From Actinomycetota bacterium (GTDB lineage Bacteria > Actinomycetota > Acidimicrobiia > Acidimicrobiales > Ilumatobacteraceae), in contig JBDLRO010000118.1 of assembly GCA_039800025.1 (NCBI GenBank), positions 1-26,627 on the forward strand: DNA of 26,627 bases. Direction: 5' to 3'. Of the stretch, positions 1 to 8,953 are shown in pieces (within the stretch, counting starts at the first letter, position 1; the number at the start of each line of letters is the position of its first letter). Both the position numbers and the translations under genes were made by a program. The notes under the pieces were generated by a model. The model saw nothing but the letters and a program-made list of their open reading frames with translations, was not told where the DNA came from and made no database searches.

Positions 1-1240
1 CGTCGCGGAAGCGCTCCGTTCCGAGATACTGCTCGAGCATTCGCAGGAGAGCGCCTCCCTTCTGGTACGTCAGGACATCGAACATGCCTTCGCAGTCCTG
101 GGGTGAGCGAACCTCGAATTCGACCGGTCGGGTGCTCGACAACGAGTCGGTCTCGAACGCGACGGAGCGCTCGAGAGAGAAGTTCGTCCATCGAGTCCAT
201 TCGGGCCGGTAGTCGTCGACCGCAGCGACCTCCATGAACGTCGCAAATGCCTCGTTCAGCCAGATGCCATTCCACCATCGCATCGTGACGAGGTCGCCGA
301 ACCACATATGGGCGAGCTCGTGACTGACCACGTCGGCCACGTTCTGCTGCTCCATCTGGGTGCTCGTCGTCGGATCGACCAGCAGCAAGCTCTCTCGAAA
401 CGTGATGCAGCCGACGTTCTCCATCGCTCCAGCGGCGAAGTCCGGCAGTGCGACGAAATCGATCTTGGCGTCGGGATAGGGAATTCCGTAGTAGTCGACG
501 AACCAGCGCAGGCTGGCGGCTGCGACATCGAGTCCGAATTCGGTGAGGCCACCCTTGCCGGGGGTGTGGACGATTCTCAGCGGAACCCCTCCCACGTCGA
601 TCGCTTCGGTCGCCTCGAGAGGACCCACCACGAACGCCACGAGGTACGTGCTCATCGGCATCGTGTCGGCGAAGGAGACGGCGATCTTGTGGCGCCTCTT
701 GCGGGCGAGCCAGGTCCGGTCGATCTCCGGTCCATTGCTGATGGCCAGATCGCCTTGCTCCACGATCAGGGTGATCGCGAAGACCGCTTTGAAATCGGGC
801 TCGTCGAAACACGGGAATGCACGTCGGCAGTCGGTCGACTGCATCTGTGTCGTCGCAACCACTCTCGAACGGCCTGCGGAGGTCGTGTAGGTGCTGCGAT
901 AGAAGCCGCGCAACTTGTCGTTGAGAATTCCACTGAAGGTGATGTCGATCGACACGCCGCCTGGATCGACGCGACTGGGCAGATGAATCATGAGCCGCTC
1001 GAGTAGCGGATCGAGGCTGTGGCGAACCTCGACTCCGTCGACTCTCACGGTCTCGATCGCAAGATCGGCCGAGTTCAGCACGATGAATCGGGTCGAACGA
1101 GCCACTCGAGCCTCGATGGAGACGCGTCCGTCGAAAGTGGCATTCAACAGATCCGGCTCGAGCACGAGGTGATACTTGATCGGTTCGATGTGTCGGGGGA
1201 GTCGATGCGGATCGAGACGACTCACATCATCGAGAGTCAT
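1..1240 (-). CDS. pepN: M1 family aminopeptidase (PepN/puromycin-sensitive aminopeptidase-like), N-terminal part; runs off the left edge of the window
   Basis: Manual minus-strand translation (not in the ORF track because the stop is outside the window): MTLDDVSRLDPHRLPRHIEP..., FAAGAMENVG (GAMEN), VSHELAHMWFGDLVTMRWWNGIWLNEAFATF (HExxH...E gluzincin), MFDVLTYQKGGALLRMLEQYLG. An alternative in-frame ATG lies at 1246. Confidence 0.95.
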   Translation of the reverse strand, partial: MTLDDVSRLDPHRLPRHIEPIKYHLVLEPDLLNATFDGRVSIEARVARSTRFIVLNSADLAIETVRVDGVEVRHSLDPLLERLMIHLPSRVDPGGVSIDITFSGILNDKLRGFYRSTYTTSAGRSRVVATTQMQSTDCRRAFPCFDEPDFKAVFAITLIVEQGDLAISNGPEIDRTWLARKRRHKIAVSFADTMPMSTYLVAFVVGPLEATEAIDVGGVPLRIVHTPGKGGLTEFGLDVAAASLRWFVDYYGIPYPDAKIDFVALPDFAAGAMENVGCITFRESLLLVDPTTSTQMEQQNVADVVSHELAHMWFGDLVTMRWWNGIWLNEAFATFMEVAAVDDYRPEWTRWTNFSLERSVAFETDSLSSTRPVEFEVRSPQDCEGMFDVLTYQKGGALLRMLEQYLGTERFRD

Positions 1241-1347
1241 GAGCATGTCATTCGTGGTCAGGGTACTCACACTCAGAGCGTAGTCCGGGCGAATTTTGCG
1301 AGCCTCCTCGCTCAGGGGCTTTACGGGCGGGCACCTCTTCGGTGCAG

Positions 1348-1353
1348 TAGTTT
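1348..1353 (+). promoter_or_regulatory. Putative -10 box (TAGTTT) 8 nt before GTG 1362; possible leaderless start
   Basis: TANNNT followed by GGATCATC-GTG, with no SD-like sequence. Confidence 0.35.
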
Positions 1354-1361
1354 GGATCATC

Positions 1362-2369
1362 GTGCGTAGCGAGCCCACGAGGAGAACCGAATACGACGTC
1401 GTGGGCATCGGAAATGCACTCGTCGATGTGATCGCGCACGCGGACGATTCGTTCATCCAGGGTCAGGAACTCGTCAAGGGATCGATGACCCTCATCGACA
1501 CGAACCGGGCCGTTGCGCTCTACGCCGCACTCGGCAGTGCGATCGAGATGTCCGGAGGCTCAGCGGCCAATACGGTGTGCGGAGTTTCGAGTTTCGGAGG
1601 GCGGGCCGCCTACATCGGCAAGGTCGGACACGATGATCTCGGGGATGTCTTCGGTCACGACATGCTGGCAGTGGGAGTGCATTTCAGCCCGGGTCGCAAA
1701 TTGGATGGAGTGGCGACTGGTCGCTGCATCATCGTCGTGACTCCCGATGCCCAAAGGACGATGAACACCTGTCTCGGAGTGTCGTCGTTCATGGAACCGC
1801 ACGACATCGACGTCGATCTGGTGGCCTCCGGCAAGGTTCTCTACATGGAGGGCTATCTCTTCGACAGAGACGATGCCAAGAGGGCATTTCGGCACGCCGC
1901 ACGGGCTGCTCACGATGCAGGACGCGAAGTCTCTCTGAGTCTCTCCGACAGTTTCTGCGTCGATCGTCATCGAGACGATTTCCGGGCCCTCGTCGAGGAC
2001 GAGGTAGACATTCTGTTCGGAAACGAGCACGAACTGCTGTCCCTGTACGAGCTCGACAATTTCGAAGCCGCGATTGCAGCGATTCGAAGAGACAGCTCGC
2101 TCGCCGTCATCACTCGCGGTCCATTGGGGGCAACTGTCATCAGCCGCAACGACATCATCGATGTGCCGGCTGAACACGTGCCTCACGTCGTCGACACCAC
2201 TGGGGCCGGCGACCTCTTCGCGTCAGGTTTCCTCTTCGGGTACACGAGAGGGATGTCTCTGCGTGAATGCGGGCGCCTCGGTTCACTTGCTGCGGGAGAG
2301 GTGATTTCCCATGTCGGACCGAGGCCGCTGATCGAGTTGCACACTTTGATCTCTTCGCTGTCAGACTGA
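1362..2369 (+). CDS. PfkB/ribokinase-family kinase, adenosine kinase-like
   Basis: YDVVGIGNALVD N-terminal motif, GGSAANT, and the C-terminal PfkB signature VDTTGAGDLFASGF. Start moved from 1296 to GTG 1362. Confidence 0.9.
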   Translation: MRSEPTRRTEYDVVGIGNALVDVIAHADDSFIQGQELVKGSMTLIDTNRAVALYAALGSAIEMSGGSAANTVCGVSSFGGRAAYIGKVGHDDLGDVFGHDMLAVGVHFSPGRKLDGVATGRCIIVVTPDAQRTMNTCLGVSSFMEPHDIDVDLVASGKVLYMEGYLFDRDDAKRAFRHAARAAHDAGREVSLSLSDSFCVDRHRDDFRALVEDEVDILFGNEHELLSLYELDNFEAAIAAIRRDSSLAVITRGPLGATVISRNDIIDVPAEHVPHVVDTTGAGDLFASGFLFGYTRGMSLRECGRLGSLAAGEVISHVGPRPLIELHTLISSLSD

Positions 2370-2373
2370 CGCC

Positions 2374-3990
2374 ATGGCGGATTCGCTGGGGTCGAATGAC
2401 CTCGACCGTGCTCGGGCGTGGCTCGCGGCGGAGCCCGATGAGGACATTCGCCATCAGTTGAACGACCTGCTCACTCGGAACCCAGCCGGTGTCGAGGAGT
2501 TGTTCGCAGGGACACTGACGTTCGGCACAGCTGGATTGCGAGCAGCGATCGGCCCGGGTCCGATGCGGATGAATCGCCTCGTGGTTCGCCAGGCTGCTGC
2601 CGGCCTCGTGGACCATCTCCTCGAGCAGGATCGAGGGTCCGCGGACCGGGGAATTCTGATCGGTTTCGATGCCCGCCACAAGAGTCGAGAATTCGCCGAG
2701 GACACCGCCCGTGTCGCGAGCGCTCGCGGGATGCGAGTTCTTCTCTTCGAGTCCCCTGTACCGACTCCGGTCCTCGCGTGGAACGTGACTCGACACGACG
2801 TCGCAGGCGCGGTGATGGTCACGGCGAGCCATAATCCGGCTGGCGACAACGGCTACAAGGTCTATCGAGCCAATGGAGCTCAGATCGTGTCGCCGATCGA
2901 CGAGATGATCGCGATCAAGATCCGCGCGGTGGATCCGTTGAGTATCCCCTTGGCTCCAGTCGATTCGCCGCTCGTCACTCGACTCGATCAACGGGCGGTC
3001 GACGATTATCTCGCTTGGGTGCCGTCGGTACGTCTGCGGCCCGAGGTGATCGGTGTTCCTCTCGCGTACACCGCGCTCCACGGGGTCGGAGGTGATGTGG
3101 CGGTTCGTGCACTCGAACTTTCTGGATTCGAAAGACCGTCGATCGTCGATGCTCAGCATCGTCCTGACCCGAACTTTTCCACGGTTGCCTTTCCGAATCC
3201 TGAGGAGCAGGGCGCAATGGATCTGGTGATCGATCGGGCGCGTGAATTCGGTGCATCGATGGCCCTCGCCAACGACCCTGACGCCGACAGGCTCGGCGTC
3301 GCCATTCCGACGAGGTCAGGTGAATGGAGACGTCTGTCAGGAGATGAAATCGGCTGGTTGATGGCCGACCACATTCTTGCGAATACGAAAGGGGATGACC
3401 GCTTGGTCGTCACCACACTCGTGTCGTCATCGCTGCTCGGCAAGATGGCCCTCGCCCATGGCGTCGAATTCGAAGAGACCTTCACGGGTTTCAAATGGAT
3501 GGCTTCTGCGGTCGAACGCCACCCTCGCTGTCGCCTCGTCTTCGCATACGAACAGGCGCTCGGTTTCCTCGTGGCATCCGAGCCTCTGGACAAGGATGGC
3601 ATCACTGCGGCGGTATTGATGGCCGAGATCGCTGGGCTGGCTGCCGATCGTGGCGAGACGATCGAAGATCGACTCGATGCCATCGCCGAGCGATACGGCC
3701 GCCATGTGACAGCCGAGTCGAGTATCCGGGTTCAACCTTCTGTGGGCTCGACAATGGTGGATGAGTTGATGAAGTTCCCGCCCGAGACGATCGAAGGCCG
3801 TCGTGTCATCGACGTGATCTCGTATCGCGAAGCGTCACTCGTGCGACTCCTGATCGAGGGGAGAGGAGAGGACCCCGTTCGAATCCAGGTGCGACCGAGT
3901 GGAACCGAACCCAAGGTGAAGGTCTATGCAGAAGCCGTTGGCGAAGACCCGAGCCCATTTCTCGAAGCAGTCGTCCGACTTCTCGGGTGA
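2374..3990 (+). CDS. Alpha-D-phosphohexomutase superfamily (phosphomannomutase/phosphoglucomutase/phosphopentomutase-like)
   Basis: FGTAGLR, phosphoserine loop TASHNP, metal loop DPDADR, C-terminal RPSGTEPKVK. Starts 4 nt after the kinase stop, so probably the same operon. Confidence 0.95.
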   Translation: MADSLGSNDLDRARAWLAAEPDEDIRHQLNDLLTRNPAGVEELFAGTLTFGTAGLRAAIGPGPMRMNRLVVRQAAAGLVDHLLEQDRGSADRGILIGFDARHKSREFAEDTARVASARGMRVLLFESPVPTPVLAWNVTRHDVAGAVMVTASHNPAGDNGYKVYRANGAQIVSPIDEMIAIKIRAVDPLSIPLAPVDSPLVTRLDQRAVDDYLAWVPSVRLRPEVIGVPLAYTALHGVGGDVAVRALELSGFERPSIVDAQHRPDPNFSTVAFPNPEEQGAMDLVIDRAREFGASMALANDPDADRLGVAIPTRSGEWRRLSGDEIGWLMADHILANTKGDDRLVVTTLVSSSLLGKMALAHGVEFEETFTGFKWMASAVERHPRCRLVFAYEQALGFLVASEPLDKDGITAAVLMAEIAGLAADRGETIEDRLDAIAERYGRHVTAESSIRVQPSVGSTMVDELMKFPPETIEGRRVIDVISYREASLVRLLIEGRGEDPVRIQVRPSGTEPKVKVYAEAVGEDPSPFLEAVVRLLG

Positions 3991-4031
3991 CCGTCACGCT
4001 GTGGAAGTCGATGGGTGTCGAGCGCTGCGAT

Positions 4032-5057
4032 TCATTCCGCTGTGCCGACGGGGGATCCGTCGATGATCTGATCGAGGTACTCCGATAGACCGTATCCCAC
4101 CTTGCCTCGGTGCTCCTCCGACTGCATCTCCCAGCGAGTCATGCCTTCGCTGATGCGCGTCGTCAACCAGTCGCCGTCGGGTGTCTGTCGACGGTTTCGC
4201 AGTGGAATGAGGCTCATCACTTCACCGGTGAATCGCCACTCCCGATTGCTGCGACTCGATTTCAGAACCGCTTCGATTCGATCGTGGTAGACGTCTTCTC
4301 CGCGAAATTCAGTCGAGACTTCGGCATGATCGCACAGGTGCATCTCGCCGTTCTCCCAGACGAAGCCGCCACGTGATCCGGGGCCATCCTTTTTTGCGAC
4401 ACGCGAGAGCATGAAGCCGAGGTTCCCGTCGAAATTCGCAGTCAGCCATCGGTAGTACCAAGGGGCCTGCCAATAGCGGGGTCCCCATGAATGGTCCCGC
4501 AGACCGAATCCGTCGATCTCCCATTCCTGATCGCCGACTCGAATGCTTCCCCGGGCTTGGACGAGTTGCTCGTAATGGCCCTTGGCGAATTCCTCACCGG
4601 GTGCCTCATGGGGAGTGTCGGGTTCGCCGCCGAACATACTGCTGCGTCCCTGACCCGAGAACGCGAGGTGAACTTCGCACTCGGCATACGGATTGTGGGT
4701 GAATGCCTCTTTGGGATCGACCATCTGCTCGGGTTCGGCCAACACGACCGTCTTGCCGATGAAGTCGACTTTCAACTCTTCGAACGGCTTCACCATGGTC
4801 CACGTGAGACCGCCAGCGTCGAGTTTGTCGTTGTTTTCGATCGTGGGTCGCTTGAACATGAATGCGACCGATCCATCAGGGAGATAGAGACACACCGTCA
4901 TTTCGGCGTAACCCTCGTTCGCCCTGTTCCCCATGCGGAACCAGCCGCCCACTTTGTTGATCGGGTCGAAACAGTTGATGTACATGCTTTCGTTGAAATT
5001 CGACTCGGGGCCGAGTTCGTGCATGTATTCGTCTGATGGTTCGAGGCGTACTCCCAT
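4032..5057 (-). CDS. Conserved hypothetical beta-rich protein; CrtC/tocopherol-cyclase-like fold suspected
   Basis: Long, natural-looking ORF rich in aromatic and beta-strand residues, with a GFGLRDHSWGPRYW motif. ATG 5057 preferred over GTG 5066 because a TACGGT box sits 7 nt upstream. Function not established. Confidence 0.75.
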   Translation of the reverse strand: MGVRLEPSDEYMHELGPESNFNESMYINCFDPINKVGGWFRMGNRANEGYAEMTVCLYLPDGSVAFMFKRPTIENNDKLDAGGLTWTMVKPFEELKVDFIGKTVVLAEPEQMVDPKEAFTHNPYAECEVHLAFSGQGRSSMFGGEPDTPHEAPGEEFAKGHYEQLVQARGSIRVGDQEWEIDGFGLRDHSWGPRYWQAPWYYRWLTANFDGNLGFMLSRVAKKDGPGSRGGFVWENGEMHLCDHAEVSTEFRGEDVYHDRIEAVLKSSRSNREWRFTGEVMSLIPLRNRRQTPDGDWLTTRISEGMTRWEMQSEEHRGKVGYGLSEYLDQIIDGSPVGTAE

Positions 5058-5064
5058 GTGCCTC

Positions 5065-5070
5065 ACCGTA
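5065..5070 (-). promoter_or_regulatory. Putative -10 box TACGGT (leaderless start at 5057)
   Basis: Minus strand reads TACGGT-GAGGCAC-ATG. Confidence 0.45.
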
Positions 5071-5114
5071 ATCCCTGGGCGTTCTCGATCTCGCCCCGAG
5101 CTGCTCTCCGCTGT

Positions 5115-5927
5115 CTAGAAACCGAGGACTCGTGCCTGAAGCTTGCGCATTCCCGCGAGCCAGCGATCGCGGTCCGCAGCTTTGCGCTGGATGAAATCGG
5201 CGACCTGTGCGTGGGGGAGGATCAAGAATGTCTCCGCTTCGATCGCCCGAGCAGTGAACTCGGCAACGTCTTCGGGTTCGAGGACATCACCGGCTGCGCG
5301 CACGATGCTGCTCGCCGTTCCGACTCCCGGGACGTCTCCCTGTCTCAACATGTCGGTGTTGACTCCTTGAGGACAGAGGCAGCTGACGCGGATTCCGCGA
5401 TCGCCATAGGTGATCTGGAGTGATTCGGCGAATGCGACGGCGGCTGCCTTCGTCACGGAGTAGGGCATCGAGCCGATCTGGCTGAGGAGTCCGGCAGCGG
5501 AGGCCGTGGAACAGAAATATCCGCGCCCCTGTTCGAGCCACATCGGAATCAGATGTTTGGCAGCCCAGCGGTGAGCATGAACGTTCACGTCGAAAGCGGT
5601 GTTCCAATCCGCCTCACTCGTGGATTCGAGGACGGTTCCCGTCCCGACTCCGGCATTCGCGAAGAACAGATCGATCCCGGAGACGAGAAGCTCGCGAGCG
5701 GTCTTCACGAGCGAACGATTTCCTTCCTCGGTGGAAACGTCGCACGGAACTGCCCAAGCAGAAGCCGGGCGCCGACCGTCGAGCTCTGCGGCGACGGCCG
5801 TCAATCGGTCTCCCGGAAGGTCTGAAAGGACGACCCGCGCTCCGAGAGCGTGAAACCGACGTGCGAGGGCAGCGCCAATTCCTCCCGCAGCACCCGTGAC
5901 GACGACCCCAGCTCCTTGAAAATCCAT
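5115..5927 (-). CDS. Classical short-chain dehydrogenase/reductase (SDR)
   Basis: TGAAGGIG Rossmann motif, NAG, catalytic YSVTK (YxxxK). Start moved to ATG 5927 (MDFQGAG). Confidence 0.93.
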   Translation of the reverse strand: MDFQGAGVVVTGAAGGIGAALARRFHALGARVVLSDLPGDRLTAVAAELDGRRPASAWAVPCDVSTEEGNRSLVKTARELLVSGIDLFFANAGVGTGTVLESTSEADWNTAFDVNVHAHRWAAKHLIPMWLEQGRGYFCSTASAAGLLSQIGSMPYSVTKAAAVAFAESLQITYGDRGIRVSCLCPQGVNTDMLRQGDVPGVGTASSIVRAAGDVLEPEDVAEFTARAIEAETFLILPHAQVADFIQRKAADRDRWLAGMRKLQARVLGF

Positions 5928-5933
5928 CAGCAG

Positions 5934-5939
5934 ATCGTA
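5934..5939 (-). promoter_or_regulatory. Putative -10 box TACGAT (leaderless start at 5927)
   Basis: Minus strand reads TACGAT-CTGCTG-ATG. Confidence 0.5.
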
Positions 5940-6068
5940 CGGTGGAATGCGTGTCGAACGACGCAAGGCGCGACCGAATTGGACTGCATCTGGCGGTTAC
6001 GCTTGGGGGAGTCCCCGAGCTCGTCGGGAGCAGCGAGAGCGGTCGAAACGGACCGTGAAGGAGTGCCA

Positions 6069-6281
6069 ATGACGAACGCACCGATGATCGACGGAACAGT
6101 AGACCTCGATATCCCGAGTGTCGATGCACCTCATACGAGGATCATTGCTGAAGCCGTTGCCGTCATCGACCTGGCGCTGTCGCAGATGGTGAGGCGTGAA
6201 CTCGTCTCCTCTGCCGAGGTCAGCGACTTGCTCCTCGACGTTCGCAACCTTCTCAGTTCTGCGGGTAAAGCAACCAACTGA
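6069..6281 (+). CDS. Small (70 aa) helical hypothetical protein
   Basis: Strong SD GAAGGAG shortly before ATG 6069. Amphipathic helical sequence IIAEAVAVIDLALSQMVRRELVSSAEVSDLLLDVRNLL. Fills the gap between two minus-strand genes. Confidence 0.75.
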   Translation: MTNAPMIDGTVDLDIPSVDAPHTRIIAEAVAVIDLALSQMVRRELVSSAEVSDLLLDVRNLLSSAGKATN

Positions 6282-6338
6282 GGCGTATCGCCGGCGTTGC
6301 GTCCAGCCGGGTCACGTCGACTTCAGATGTGCTGGTCG

Positions 6339-7730
6339 TCAGCGAGCCAGAGCGAGAATGTCGGCGAGCGCGGCCTCGAGACTTTCCGTGAGAAGCGATG
6401 GCTCGGCGATCGCTCGTGTGTCCATGTTGAGCCCCATGTCGAGGCTGCCGACATGTGAGAGCAGAGTCAGGTTGAATGCGACTCCGCCAAGCGGACCGAC
6501 AGGGAAGTTGCTCAAGATCTCGGAGCCCGCCACGTACACGGGTTGAGGAGTTCCTTTGACATTGGACGTGGCGAAGTCCACTGTTTGGGATTGAAGTCGT
6601 GCCAGACGGGTCGTGATTCCCGTCGGGAGTGAGCCGGCAACTGCAGCAATGGCGTTCAAGGCGTTGGCTGAGGATCCCGACGCAGCCTCCGTCGTGATCT
6701 CGTGAATGGCGCGAAATCGGTCGGCGACGGACATCTCGACCGTCGGGACCAGCATGCGAGCCAGAGAGAACGCGTTTGCTGAATCGTCACCTTTGGTCCT
6801 GGTGCTGATGGCCATCGAAGCTCGCAACTGGGGCACCGGTGAGCCGAGCGCCCGGTGATACCGTCCAGCTGCGTCACTCGCTGCGGTCAACAACAGGGTG
6901 TTCAGAGTTCCTCCGAGGAGGCGTGCGGCGGATCGGGCCTCGTCGAAGGGGACTTTGAGCACGTCGATTCGGCGACGCAAGGAGCGTTGCGTCCACAAAG
7001 GGGACTTTGCCGGTTCGATATCGGCCATCTGTCCGATGAGCGCACGCAGGGTATCCATCGTCGCAGCTCCAGCTGCGGGGACCTGCGTGGGGTCGGCGAT
7101 CAACTCGCGCATTTGCTTCACGAGTGCCAAGGGAAGTTTCAATGGCCCGGCGAGCACATCGCGCCACAGGTCCGAAGATCCGTGCTCGTGCATCGACCCT
7201 CGATCTCGTGAGTGTGACGAGATGGGTGGAGGCTCAGGAGCGGCACGGGTGAAATCGAAGAATTGGAGCGAGAGCTGAATACTGCCTTCTCCGTCGGCGA
7301 TCGTGTGGTGCAATTTCTCGACGAGAACCGCTCTTCCATCCGCGAGTCCTTCGACGACGACGAACTGCCACAGGGGTCGCGTGCGGTCGAATGGATCGTT
7401 GATGATCAGCGTCGCAAGATCGAGAAGCTGGCGCATCGAACCAGGTTGGGGAAGTGCGATCCGGCGAACGTGGTAGTCGATGTCGAAATCGGGATCCTCG
7501 ACCCACAATGGAGGCGTGAGATTGGCCGGAGCCGATTGAACCCGTTGTCGAAGACGAGGGATTGCGAACGTCGCTCGTACCATTCGTCGGCGGAGGCGAT
7601 CGAAGTCAGGCGCTCGATCCAATACGGAAAGATTGGCGAAGGTCGAGGAGAGATAGGGATCCTTGTCGATCCGCCACATGAGCGCCTCGGCATCGGACAT
7701 CTTGTGATCGAAGCGAATTTCTGCGGCCAT
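6339..7730 (-). CDS. Wax ester synthase/acyl-CoA:diacylglycerol acyltransferase (WS/DGAT)
   Basis: Catalytic HHTIADG (HHxxxDG), RDRPLW-like FDRTRPLW, WVEDPDFDIDYHV, C-terminal SNVKG. Confidence 0.93.
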   Translation of the reverse strand: MAAEIRFDHKMSDAEALMWRIDKDPYLSSTFANLSVLDRAPDFDRLRRRMVRATFAIPRLRQRVQSAPANLTPPLWVEDPDFDIDYHVRRIALPQPGSMRQLLDLATLIINDPFDRTRPLWQFVVVEGLADGRAVLVEKLHHTIADGEGSIQLSLQFFDFTRAAPEPPPISSHSRDRGSMHEHGSSDLWRDVLAGPLKLPLALVKQMRELIADPTQVPAAGAATMDTLRALIGQMADIEPAKSPLWTQRSLRRRIDVLKVPFDEARSAARLLGGTLNTLLLTAASDAAGRYHRALGSPVPQLRASMAISTRTKGDDSANAFSLARMLVPTVEMSVADRFRAIHEITTEAASGSSANALNAIAAVAGSLPTGITTRLARLQSQTVDFATSNVKGTPQPVYVAGSEILSNFPVGPLGGVAFNLTLLSHVGSLDMGLNMDTRAIAEPSLLTESLEAALADILALAR

Positions 7731-7736
7731 CGCCTC

Positions 7737-7742
7737 AGACTA
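7737..7742 (-). promoter_or_regulatory. Putative -10 box TAGTCT (leaderless start at 7730)
   Basis: Minus strand reads TAGTCT-GAGGCG-ATG. Confidence 0.5.
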
Positions 7743-7772
7743 TGAGGACGTCCGTATTACGTTTGCACCGAA

Positions 7773-8951
7773 ATGGGAGCGAACGCGTCGGCATCATCAG
7801 TTTTCCACCAGTCGTTCAGGCGATCGGCTTCTTTTGCGGCAATGCTGACGACGCTCATCATCATCGGATCGGCCTGCTCGTCCGATGATCCGATCAGCGG
7901 TCGGTCCGAGGACGTCGTGCACGATCTGATTCGAACCGACTCCCGTCCCCGTGTGGGTCCCGATGTCTGGGAAACGTTCGTCTGTCGGATCCCGGAAACC
8001 TATGACGCCGATCTCTACGACATGTCGGGAGTGAGGCTCGTCGAATCAGCCGAGTGGATCACGGCCGAGCTCGAGCCAGTGACGGGCTATTTCGAGCGGT
8101 GGTCGAACGGCCGTTACGTCGTCGAGTTCCGTGTCGGCGGTGAGGTCGAGGTGGATGTCGGCGGAGCAGAGGAATGCGTCGATGCGGCTCTCGACAGGAG
8201 CGCAGAGGACGTCGACGGTGTGTTGGTCGTGGCGGATGCTCAGCATCGTGAGGATCGAGTCGGCGGATGGGGAAGAGGCGGTCATCGGTGCGACGATCCG
8301 TGCTCCGTTCGTGAGTCGAAGAGGGCCATCTATCTCGGAGCTGCCGACTTCGTCGCAGGTTCTCCCGTGGTGCTCGATCTCGTCGAGCACGAATTCGGTC
8401 ATGCTCTCGAATGGCCGCACAGTTTCCGGAACGGACCCTATGACAGCGGAATCGATGTCATGAGCGACAGTGTTGCGCCCCGCCGAGACGTCGAAGCGCG
8501 AGTCCACGCGCCCGGAGTTCTCGCCATCAACCGGTATCTGTCGGGCTGGATGGAGAGCGAACCGCTCGCACTCGACTTGATTGCCGGAGATTCGGTCGAC
8601 ATCGATTCGGCGAGATTCGCCCTGTTGAAAACTTCGTCGTCACGGGCCATCTCGGTCGAGGTGATCGACAACGTGTCCGACAATTCACATCTCGACAGTG
8701 GAGGTGTCGCCGTCCACCTCATCGATTGGGATCATCGATCGTGCGAGAATCCGGGGCGCGTGAACGGCATCGGCGGTCGGTTCTGTCTCGGGGCGGCGCG
8801 CTCCCAACGACTCGTTGCACCTGAGAGTTCCCGCGATGGAGTGATGCGAACCGGCGATCAGGTCGATGTGGAGGGCGTGACGATCGTCGTCGAGTCGATT
8901 ACGTATCGATCGGGTTCGATCACGGCTTCGATCCGGTGGGAAGACGAGTGA
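7773..8951 (+). CDS. Putative lipoprotein zinc metallopeptidase (metzincin-like)
   Basis: Hydrophobic signal ending in a lipobox-like IGSA-C. Zinc motif HEFGHALEWPH followed by a Met-turn-like DVMS. Start uncertain (7773 or 7842). Confidence 0.7.
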   Translation: MGANASASSVFHQSFRRSASFAAMLTTLIIIGSACSSDDPISGRSEDVVHDLIRTDSRPRVGPDVWETFVCRIPETYDADLYDMSGVRLVESAEWITAELEPVTGYFERWSNGRYVVEFRVGGEVEVDVGGAEECVDAALDRSAEDVDGVLVVADAQHREDRVGGWGRGGHRCDDPCSVRESKRAIYLGAADFVAGSPVVLDLVEHEFGHALEWPHSFRNGPYDSGIDVMSDSVAPRRDVEARVHAPGVLAINRYLSGWMESEPLALDLIAGDSVDIDSARFALLKTSSSRAISVEVIDNVSDNSHLDSGGVAVHLIDWDHRSCENPGRVNGIGGRFCLGAARSQRLVAPESSRDGVMRTGDQVDVEGVTIVVESITYRSGSITASIRWEDE

Positions 8952-8953
8952 CA

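Noticed and set aside
308-1006. 232-aa plus-strand ORF and neighbouring short ORFs
   Set aside because: Antisense shadow of the M1 aminopeptidase, which has clear GAMEN and HExxH motifs on the minus strand.
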